The notes under the pieces were generated by a model, which made no database searches, was not told the DNA's origin, and saw only the letters and a program-made list of their open reading frames with translations. A stretch of 64,000 nt of DNA from Clostridia bacterium (GTDB lineage Bacteria > Bacillota > Clostridia > Oscillospirales > CAG-272), in contig JAGAKG010000037.1 of the NCBI GenBank assembly GCA_017625755.1, positions 16,842-80,841 of the forward strand. Reading direction: 5' to 3'. Both the position numbers and the translations under genes were made by a program. Positions within the stretch are counted from its first letter, which is position 1. The number at the start of each line of letters is the position of its first letter. This document shows, piece by piece, positions 27,998-35,098 of the stretch.

Positions 27998-30550
27998 TTA
28001 TTTTCTTTTCTTCTTTCGCAGAGTTACCGCCGAGAGTCCCGACACAAGGAGAATGACACTCACCCCGCCGCCGAGGTAAGAGCCGCAGCCGCTATCAGCT
28101 TCATTATTTGCGGTTGTGTCTGTGGGGGGGACGGTCGTGTTCGCAACCGTTGTTTGCGCCGTAATTGTCTCTGTGGTTGTTACTTCAACTTTCAATTTCT
28201 CAAGCGCTTCGGTCTTGGTTTCTCCGCACTCCGAGCAGGTGTAAGACATAATTCCACCATTCTCAGTTGTTGGGGAAATTATTATAACACCATTGTTCCA
28301 TACATGGTCGGCATATCTTATATCTCCGCATGAGCAGAAGCTTATATGCTGTGTGGCATTATGCTTGCCCCAAGAACCGTATTCGTGCTCGGGAAGCTTG
28401 TCAACCGCTTCAAGCTTGGTATCTCCGCAATCGGAGCAGGTATAGATTTTTGTTCCAAAATCAGTATGCGTGGGCTGAATTGTGACAACGCCGTCATTCC
28501 AAGAATGAGGAGCAAATTCATATGCTACTTTACATTCACATAATATTTTATGCTCTGCTACGCTATATTTTTCATATATATTGTAGGTATGTTCGGGAAG
28601 CTTGTCAACAGATGTTGTCTTGGTATTGTCTCCGCAGAAAGAGCAGGTAAATGTCATAACACCCTCGGTCATATGTGTGGGCTTTGTGGTTATTTCGCTA
28701 ATGCTATAATTATGTCTGGTTACGGAAATTGTTGAAGGGAAGCTTTGAGCCAAAACAGCCCATTGCGATTCGCTTCCACAATAGGAAACTTCACTTAAGT
28801 TTGTACAGGTGCTAAATGCTCCCGCATTAATGGTTGTAAGTCCGTTACCTATTTTTACGCTCGTCAAGGATGTGCAATACTCGAACGCACCATCTCCAAT
28901 GCTCGTGACGCTGTCGGGGATAGTTACGCTCGTCAAGCCTGAGCAACCACCGAACGCATAAGATTCAATGCTCGTGACGCTGTCGGGGATAGTTACGCTC
29001 GTCAAGCCTGAGCAACCACCGAACGCAGAATATCCAATGCTCGTGACGCTGTTGGGTATAGTTACGCTCGTCAAGCCTGTGCAATCCGAGAACGCATAGC
29101 CGCCAATGCTCGTGATGCTGTTGGGTATCGTTACGCTTGTCAGACTCGTGCAATTATAGAACGCAAAATTGCCAATGTTCGTGACGCTGTCGGGAACGAC
29201 TAACTCTGTTACAAGCTTTCCGTTAAGATAAAGATTGTTCGCATAATAAAGCGGATTGGAAATAGAATTGTCAAATTTAATATTGCACCAAGCGGCAAGG
29301 TCTGTTATATATACGCTCGTCAAGCCTGAACAACCGCGGAACGCACCCTCACCAATGCTCGTGACGCTGTCGGGGATAGTCACGCTCGTCAAGCCTGAGC
29401 AACCTCTGAACGCATGCTCATATATATCATAATTTTGTCCATTGTAATCATTAGGAAGCGTCAGTTCCGTCTCGTTACCTACATATCCGAGCAAATAATG
29501 TACGCCGTTGCTATGAGTGTAGAAAAGGTAATCGTTTTTATTTACTATCTTGCTCTCACCCGTATGTACCGTATCGGCGTAATATCCGATATAACCGAAA
29601 CTGGAGCTGCCCTCTGTTATGTTAAGTGTTGAGTGGTTTATAACCTCGACAAGCTTATAGCAACCCATGAACGCATAATCTCCAATGCTTGTGACGCTGT
29701 TGCCAATAGTTACGCTCGTCAAGCCTGAGCAACCCATGAACGCATAATCTCCAATGCTTGTGACGCTGTCAGGTATCGTCACGCTTGTAAGGCTCGTGCA
29801 ATTGGAGAACGCAGCCTCACCAATGCTCGTGACGCTACCATCTGTAGGAATAACACTATTGTTACAACCCTTAATCAAGGTTTTGCTTTGTGTTTCGATA
29901 AGGCAATTACCTTCGCTGTGATATATTTCATTTTCATCATCCACAGTCACGCTCGTCAAGCCTGAGCAACCGTTGAACGCATAATTACCAATGCTCATGA
30001 CGCTGTTGGGTATAGTCACGCTCGTCAAGCCTGAGCAACCGTTGAACGCATAATTACCAATGCTCATGACGCTGTTGGGTATAGTTACGCTCGTCAAGCC
30101 TGAGCAACCGCTGAACGCAGAACTGTCAATACTCGTGACGCTGTTGGGGATTTCAATGCTCGTCAAGCCTGTGCAACCGGAGAACGCCTGCCATCCAATG
30201 CTCGTGACGCTGTTCGGTATTGTCACGCTCGTAAGGTTACTGCAATTATAGAACGCACCATCTCCAATGCTCGTGACTCCGTTTTTTATGGTAACATTCT
30301 TTATCGAAGAAATGTATGCGTACCACGGTGCATTTGTTGCTCCATATGTAAATGAGTAGTTTTTCATATAACCCTCGCCCGAGATAACGAGTTCGCCTGT
30401 TGCGGTATCGAGCGTCCAAGTGAGGTTATCTCCGTCAGCTCCGCAGGTGCCGCTGTAAACGGTTTCCTCTGTTGCCGCCGAGACGGTTACAAGGGCAATC
30501 GCGCCGATAAGAACTGTCAGCACTGCTAAAAGTGTGATAAGTTTTTTCAT
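27998..30550 (-). CDS. Large secreted BspA-type LRR surface protein with Cys/His-rich C-terminal modules and a C-terminal TM anchor
   Basis: ATG 30550 (MKKLITLLAVLTVLIGA signal) after a GGAGGA SD. It has about 17 units of the type CSGLTSVTIPNSVTSIGxxAFxGC, then three Cys/His modules, a Thr-rich linker, and SGCGS + TM + RKKKRK. The ORF-track start at 30673 is an upstream extension. Confidence 0.85.
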   Translation of the reverse strand: MKKLITLLAVLTVLIGAIALVTVSAATEETVYSGTCGADGDNLTWTLDTATGELVISGEGYMKNYSFTYGATNAPWYAYISSIKNVTIKNGVTSIGDGAFYNCSNLTSVTIPNSVTSIGWQAFSGCTGLTSIEIPNSVTSIDSSAFSGCSGLTSVTIPNSVMSIGNYAFNGCSGLTSVTIPNSVMSIGNYAFNGCSGLTSVTVDDENEIYHSEGNCLIETQSKTLIKGCNNSVIPTDGSVTSIGEAAFSNCTSLTSVTIPDSVTSIGDYAFMGCSGLTSVTIGNSVTSIGDYAFMGCYKLVEVINHSTLNITEGSSSFGYIGYYADTVHTGESKIVNKNDYLFYTHSNGVHYLLGYVGNETELTLPNDYNGQNYDIYEHAFRGCSGLTSVTIPDSVTSIGEGAFRGCSGLTSVYITDLAAWCNIKFDNSISNPLYYANNLYLNGKLVTELVVPDSVTNIGNFAFYNCTSLTSVTIPNSITSIGGYAFSDCTGLTSVTIPNSVTSIGYSAFGGCSGLTSVTIPDSVTSIESYAFGGCSGLTSVTIPDSVTSIGDGAFEYCTSLTSVKIGNGLTTINAGAFSTCTNLSEVSYCGSESQWAVLAQSFPSTISVTRHNYSISEITTKPTHMTEGVMTFTCSFCGDNTKTTSVDKLPEHTYNIYEKYSVAEHKILCECKVAYEFAPHSWNDGVVTIQPTHTDFGTKIYTCSDCGDTKLEAVDKLPEHEYGSWGKHNATQHISFCSCGDIRYADHVWNNGVIIISPTTENGGIMSYTCSECGETKTEALEKLKVEVTTTETITAQTTVANTTVPPTDTTANNEADSGCGSYLGGGVSVILLVSGLSAVTLRKKKRK
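29946..30083 (-). repeat. Perfect 69-bp tandem duplication inside the LRR gene (one 23-aa LRR unit x2)
   Basis: 29946-30014 and 30015-30083 are identical by eye and encode SGLTSVTIPNSVMSIGNYAFNGC twice. Confidence 0.9.
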
Positions 30551-30633
30551 TTTCTTTTCCTCCAAAAGACAAGTGTGAAATAAAAAAGTGCGCAGCCGAA
30601 GCCGCGCACTAAAAATGCATGACTCCGTATTGC

Positions 30634-30759
30634 TGCGACACAATTGAATTTTTTCGCATAAGTTGTAATACACAGAAAAGTATACGAAAAAGGAGCATAC
30701 ATTTTTTTTAAGAAAAAAAGTATACTTATCCTGTGTACCTGCTATTCAATTGTGTCGCA
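30634..30759. repeat. 16-bp perfect inverted repeat pair flanking a 94-bp segment upstream of the LRR gene
   Basis: TGCGACACAATTGAAT (30634-30649) and ATTCAATTGTGTCGCA (30744-30759). An inner imperfect pair is CACAGAAAAGTATAC / GTATACTTATCCTGTG. Confidence 0.9.
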
Positions 30760-30887
30760 AGGAAAGTATAGCACATTCTACCTGAAAAGTAAATACCTTT
30801 TTTGAAAATCGCTTACATCTGCAAGAAGACATCTTCATTATAATTGTTAAAATATATACAATTTATGAAAAATATTTTATACTGCTA

Positions 30888-30916
30888 TTGATTTTTTCAA
30901 AAAGTTGGTGTATAAT
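30888..30916 (+). promoter_or_regulatory. Candidate sigma-A promoter of fba
   Basis: TTGATT (30888-93), 17 nt, TATAAT (30911-16). Confidence 0.5.
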
Positions 30917-30968
30917 AGTACGGTAATTCAAAAACGAAAGAAATTTTATTTACAAAGGAGTAAAGAAA

Positions 30969-31832
30969 ATGTTGGTTTCAGCAAAGGAAATGCTTACAAA
31001 AGCAAAGCAGGGCAAGTATGCCGTAGGTCAGTTCAACATCAATAACCTTGAATGGACTAAGGCAATCCTTCTCACGGCACAGGAGTGCAATTCTCCCGTT
31101 ATTCTCGGTGTTTCCGAGGGCGCGGGCAAGTATATGTGCGGATACAAGACCGTTGTTGGAATGGTTAACGGAATGATCGAGGAGCTTGGTATCACGGTTC
31201 CCGTCGCTCTCCACCTTGACCACGGAAGCTATGACGGCTGTATGAAGTGTATCGAGGCAGGCTTCTCCTCGATAATGTTCGACGGTTCTCACTACCCGAT
31301 CGACGAGAATGTCGCAAAGACATCCGAGCTTGTTAAGATCTGTGCTGAGAAGGGTATGTCCCTTGAGGCAGAGGTCGGCTCTATCGGCGGTGAAGAGGAC
31401 GGCGTTGTCGGTGCGGGCGAGTGCGCAGACCCCGACGAGTGCAAGAGCATCGCAGACCTCGGCGTTACAATGCTTGCCGCAGGTATCGGAAACATTCACG
31501 GTAAGTACCCCGAGAACTGGAAGGGACTCTCCTTCGAGACTCTCGCGGCTGTTCAGGAAAAGACGGGCGAGATGCCCCTCGTTCTCCACGGCGGAACGGG
31601 TATTCCCGAGGAAATGATAAAGAAGGCAATCTCTCTCGGAGTTGCAAAGATAAATGTTAACACAGAGTGCCAGCTCTCCTTCGCTGCCGCAACACGCGCT
31701 TATATCGAGGCAGGCAAGGACCTCTCGGGCAAGGGATTCGATCCCAGAAAGCTTCTCGCTCCCGGTACAGAGGCTATCAAGGCTACCGTCAAGGAAAAGA
31801 TGGAGCTGTTCGGTTCTGTAAACAAGGCGTAA
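30969..31832 (+). CDS. fba: Class II (metal-dependent) fructose-1,6-bisphosphate aldolase
   Basis: GKYAVGQFNINNLEW, VALHLDHG, GNIHG and LVLHGGTG are typical of class II FBA. AAAGGAG SD. Confidence 0.95.
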   Translation: MLVSAKEMLTKAKQGKYAVGQFNINNLEWTKAILLTAQECNSPVILGVSEGAGKYMCGYKTVVGMVNGMIEELGITVPVALHLDHGSYDGCMKCIEAGFSSIMFDGSHYPIDENVAKTSELVKICAEKGMSLEAEVGSIGGEEDGVVGAGECADPDECKSIADLGVTMLAAGIGNIHGKYPENWKGLSFETLAAVQEKTGEMPLVLHGGTGIPEEMIKKAISLGVAKINVNTECQLSFAAATRAYIEAGKDLSGKGFDPRKLLAPGTEAIKATVKEKMELFGSVNKA

Positions 31833-31905
31833 AATTTTATGTCAGGGGAAGGATGGACTCGCGCCGTTCTTCCCCTTGAAAATTTAAATAAAAGAGGGGA
31901 ATAAA

Positions 31906-33042
31906 ATGACCAAGATTGACATAGTTTCGGGCTTTCTCGGTGCGGGAAAGACTACCCTTATAAACAAGCTGATACACGAAGCCTATGCGGGAGAGAAGCT
32001 CGTTCTCATAGAAAACGAGTTCGGCGAGATAGGAATTGACGGCGGATTTCTTCAGGAAGCGGGTATAAACATCACAGAGATGAACTCGGGCTGTATCTGC
32101 TGTTCGCTCGTCGGAGATTTCAGCGAGGCTCTCGCAAAGGTTATCGAGGAATACGACCCCGAGAGGGTGCTTATCGAGCCGTCGGGCGTTGGTAAGCTCA
32201 GCGATGTTATCCGCGCGGTCACTTCGTCGGGAGCGAAGGATATCGTGCTTAACAGCTTTACCGTCGTGGTTGATGTAAATAAGTGTAAACTTTATATGAA
32301 GAATTTCGGAGAGTTCTTTAACGACCAGATAGAGAACGCGGGCTGCATAATTTTCAGTCATACTGACAAGACGACAGAGGCTAAGCTCACAGAGGCGATA
32401 TCTCTCGTCAAGGCTCATAATGAGGGAGCGTTTATGGTCACAACTCCTATCTCCGAGCTGACGGGCGCCGACCTGCTTGAGGCTATGGAGCGCAAGTCCT
32501 CTATTGAGGACGAGCTGAAGCGCCTTATGGAGAGTGAGGAGGTATGCCCCGAGTGCGGACATCATCACCATCATCACGATGACGAATGCCACCACGAGCA
32601 TGAACATCATGAGCATGAGCATCATGAGCATGAGCATCATCACCATGACGGTGAGTGTCACCACGAACATCACGACCACGATTGCGAGTGCGGTTGCGGT
32701 GGACACCACCACGAACATGACCACCACGAGCATCATCACGGACACCACCATCACCATCACGCCGATGAGGTCTTTACAAGCTGGGGCAGGGAGACCGTCA
32801 AGAAGTACTCTGCGGAGCAGATGCGCGCGATACTCGCAGAGCTTGAAAACGAGGAGAAATACGGCTTCGTTATCAGAGCGAAGGGAATCGTCGAGGGCGA
32901 GTCGGGCAAGTGGATACATTTTGATTATGTTCCCGCAGAGCCCGATGTGCGCGAGGGCTGCTCGGCGGTTATCGGCAAGATATGCGTCATAGGCTCCAAG
33001 ATAAACGAGGAAGCGCTCGAGACGCTTTTCGGACTCAACTGA
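31906..33042 (+). CDS. COG0523 (CobW/ZigA/YeiR-like) G3E-family GTPase metallochaperone with a His/Cys-rich insert
   Basis: P-loop GFLGAGKTT, metal motif GCICCS (CxCC), LIEPSGVG. The ~75-aa insert at 32545-32769 has about 39 His and 7 Cys by my manual count. Confidence 0.9.
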   Translation: MTKIDIVSGFLGAGKTTLINKLIHEAYAGEKLVLIENEFGEIGIDGGFLQEAGINITEMNSGCICCSLVGDFSEALAKVIEEYDPERVLIEPSGVGKLSDVIRAVTSSGAKDIVLNSFTVVVDVNKCKLYMKNFGEFFNDQIENAGCIIFSHTDKTTEAKLTEAISLVKAHNEGAFMVTTPISELTGADLLEAMERKSSIEDELKRLMESEEVCPECGHHHHHHDDECHHEHEHHEHEHHEHEHHHHDGECHHEHHDHDCECGCGGHHHEHDHHEHHHGHHHHHHADEVFTSWGRETVKKYSAEQMRAILAELENEEKYGFVIRAKGIVEGESGKWIHFDYVPAEPDVREGCSAVIGKICVIGSKINEEALETLFGLN

Positions 33043-33057
33043 GAAAGGCGGTAGGAT

Positions 33058-34002
33058 ATGACGACTATACCCGTATACCTGTTCACAGGCTTCCTTGAGG
33101 GTGGAAAGACCACGATATTGCAGGAGTCTCTGGCTGACGAGCGCTTTAACAGCGGCGAGAAAACGCTGGTGCTCCTCTGCGAGGAGGGCTTTACTGAACT
33201 TGAGCCCGACAAATTCTGGGGCAAGAATGTTCAGATAAGAACTATAGAGGCTGAGGACGAGCTTAACGAGCCGAATCTCCGCGCACTTGCGGCAGAGCAT
33301 AGATATGACAGAATAATTATCGAGTATAACGGAATGTGGATGCTCGATAAGCTCTATTCGAATATGCCGCGCGAGTGGGTTATATATCAGAATATGATGT
33401 TCGCCGAGGCGAGGACTTTTCTGAATTATAACGCCAATATGCGTCAGCTTGTTTACGATAAGCTCAAGGACGCCGAAATGATAGTTCTCAACAGAGCTTA
33501 CGACGGAGTTGATAAGGACGAGATACACAAGGTGGTCAGGGGGATATCCCGCAGAGCGGCGATAGTTTACGATTATCCCGACGGCCATGTTGAGTATGAC
33601 GAGATAGAGGATCCGCTCCCCTTTGATGTCAACGCGGATGTGATAGATATTGCCGATAACGATTACGCGCTATGGTATAGAGACCTCTCTGAGAATATGA
33701 AGTCATACGCAGGCAAGACTGTACATTTCAAGGGAATGGTCGCCCGCGAGCCGAAGCTCGGAGGCAACGCTGTAATTCTTGGACGGCATATTATGACCTG
33801 CTGTGCCGATGATATTCAGTATGGCGGAATGGTTGCCGTGTTCAAGTCAGCATCTCCCCTCAAAACAGGGGATTGGGTAACAGTAAAGGGCAAAATTCGC
33901 ATAGAGAGGACCAAGGTCTATCGCGCCGAGGGCCCCGTGGTTTATGTTGATACCACAGAATTTGCCGTCGCTCCCAAACAGGAAGTGGTTACATTTTATT
34001 GA
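33058..34002 (+). CDS. COG0523-like P-loop domain lacking CxCC, fused to a DUF1980/TIGR03943-like C-terminal domain (CC motif)
   Basis: P-loop GFLEGGKTT and IIIEYNGMW, but no CxCC. The C-terminal GRHIMTCCADDIQYGGMVAVF...GDWVTVKGKI resembles, from memory, the conserved C-terminal domain of TIGR03943-family proteins. Confidence 0.65.
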   Translation: MTTIPVYLFTGFLEGGKTTILQESLADERFNSGEKTLVLLCEEGFTELEPDKFWGKNVQIRTIEAEDELNEPNLRALAAEHRYDRIIIEYNGMWMLDKLYSNMPREWVIYQNMMFAEARTFLNYNANMRQLVYDKLKDAEMIVLNRAYDGVDKDEIHKVVRGISRRAAIVYDYPDGHVEYDEIEDPLPFDVNADVIDIADNDYALWYRDLSENMKSYAGKTVHFKGMVAREPKLGGNAVILGRHIMTCCADDIQYGGMVAVFKSASPLKTGDWVTVKGKIRIERTKVYRAEGPVVYVDTTEFAVAPKQEVVTFY

Positions 34003-34013
34003 TATTTGATAAT

Positions 34014-34058
34014 AGAACAACCTCTCGCGGAGCATATTTCCGCGAGAGGTTGTTTCTT
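34014..34058. terminator. Bidirectional intrinsic terminator
   Basis: 16-bp stem AACAACCTCTCGCGGA / TCCGCGAGAGGTTGTT followed by TCTTTATT. It lies between convergent genes. Confidence 0.8.
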
Positions 34059-34080
34059 TATTCAATATTGAAATATACGG

Positions 34081-34848
34081 TTACGCCTCGTATACTTCAA
34101 CTCCAGACTTACGAATAGAGCTGAGCGCGTCGGCGTTGTCCGCCCTTGAGGTCACAAGCACATCAACATCTGTTATCGGGCAAACCCGCGCGAAGGTGTT
34201 CCTGCCTATTTTTGAACTGTCTGCCGCGACGATGACCGTGTCGGCACAGCTTATCATTTTATTTATAAGCTCGGCTTCGCTCGCGTAATAGAGCGAAAGT
34301 CCGTGACTTCCCGTCACTCCGTCGACAGAGAGAATACATTTGCCGGCGTGATATTTATCGAGCTGAGAAACGGAATCTGGACCGTAGGTAAATCCGTATT
34401 TACTCTCAACAAGTCCGCCAAGCAGGGTGACATTGAATCCGTAATACGAGGAAGCCTCGGTAGCGATAGCGATTGAATTTGTCAGAATTGTTATATTTTT
34501 CTTTCCGCGGAGAGCGCGGAGAACATAGGTCAGCGTTGTTCCAGAATTGAGGATTATCGTATCGTCGTCGCCGATAAGCTCGGCGAGCTTTTGCGCGATA
34601 GCTTTCTTTGATGCTGCGTTGGTGGTGAAGCGCTCGGCAACATCCATATCAATATAAAGCTTATCCTTGGCGATAGCTCCGCCGTGTACTCTTTTTATGC
34701 TTCCCGTTGATTCGAGATATTCAAGATCGGAGCGCACGGTGACCTCTGAAATGCCGTAAATACGGCTAAGCTCAGACACCTTGACCCTTCCTTCTTTATT
34801 GATAAGCTCTATGATTTTCTCTCTGCGCTTTTCAGCTGAATCTAACAT
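34081..34848 (-). CDS. DeoR/GlpR-family transcriptional repressor
   Basis: N-terminal HTH (ELSRIYGISEVTVRSDLEYLE) and a DeoR C-terminal sensor domain. Confidence 0.9.
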   Translation of the reverse strand: MLDSAEKRREKIIELINKEGRVKVSELSRIYGISEVTVRSDLEYLESTGSIKRVHGGAIAKDKLYIDMDVAERFTTNAASKKAIAQKLAELIGDDDTIILNSGTTLTYVLRALRGKKNITILTNSIAIATEASSYYGFNVTLLGGLVESKYGFTYGPDSVSQLDKYHAGKCILSVDGVTGSHGLSLYYASEAELINKMISCADTVIVAADSSKIGRNTFARVCPITDVDVLVTSRADNADALSSIRKSGVEVYEA

Positions 34849-34876
34849 TACTTTTCTCCTTGGGTTTCATATCGAC

Positions 34877-34914
34877 TTTCGGTTTGCTTTCGGTTTTTCT
34901 AAAATGTTTTCGGT
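34877..34914. promoter_or_regulatory. Array of TTTCGGT direct repeats (candidate DeoR operator half-sites)
   Basis: TTTCGGT occurs at 34877, 34888 and 34908. Inverted copies ACCGAAA at 35038 and CCGAAA at 35061 lie just downstream of the divergent promoter's -10. Confidence 0.35.
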
Positions 34915-35003
34915 AAGAGTATACCACAACGGTAGGGAATTGTCAAGAAGTTTTTTGAACTATTCTTTAATATGATTTGCGTAGGCTTTTTTTGATAAGC
35001 GTA

Positions 35004-35032
35004 TTGACAAGTGCGGTAAAATGTGTTATGAT
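35004..35032 (+). promoter_or_regulatory. Candidate sigma-A promoter of the SIS/YjbQ/aldolase operon
   Basis: TTGACA (35004-09), 17 nt, TGt-TATGAT (35027-32). Confidence 0.55.
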
Positions 35033-35098
35033 ATAAAACCGAAAGGTAAACAATATATATCCGAAAACAAAAAGGAAGTTTGTTTTGTGAGGTGTGAT

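Noticed and set aside
27746-28333. 195-aa plus-strand ORF
   Set aside because: It runs through the hairpin repeat block and then antisense into the LRR gene. It has no SD and no family resemblance.
28800-30300. Regularly spaced ~66-69-bp DNA repeats that could be taken for a CRISPR array
   Set aside because: The repeats are contiguous, with no unique spacers. They are in frame and translate to the LRR consensus of a single long ORF with a signal peptide. No cas genes are present.
30803-30817. TGAAAATCGCTTACA upstream of fba as a possible CcpA cre site
   Set aside because: The central CG is displaced by one base relative to the cre consensus TGWAANCGNTNWCA, so it does not align without an indel.
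32545-32769. HHHHHH runs that might indicate an engineered His-tag or vector contamination
   Set aside because: The runs are internal and interleaved with Glu, Asp and Cys over about 75 codons. They use mixed CAT/CAC codons and sit in a COG0523 protein, where natural His-rich tracts are known.
31837-33588. 583-aa minus-strand ORF covering both COG0523 genes
   Set aside because: It is antisense to two genes with clear P-loop and CxCC motifs. Its translation is low-complexity (the Met/Val runs are the mirror image of the His tract) and has no recognisable family or SD.
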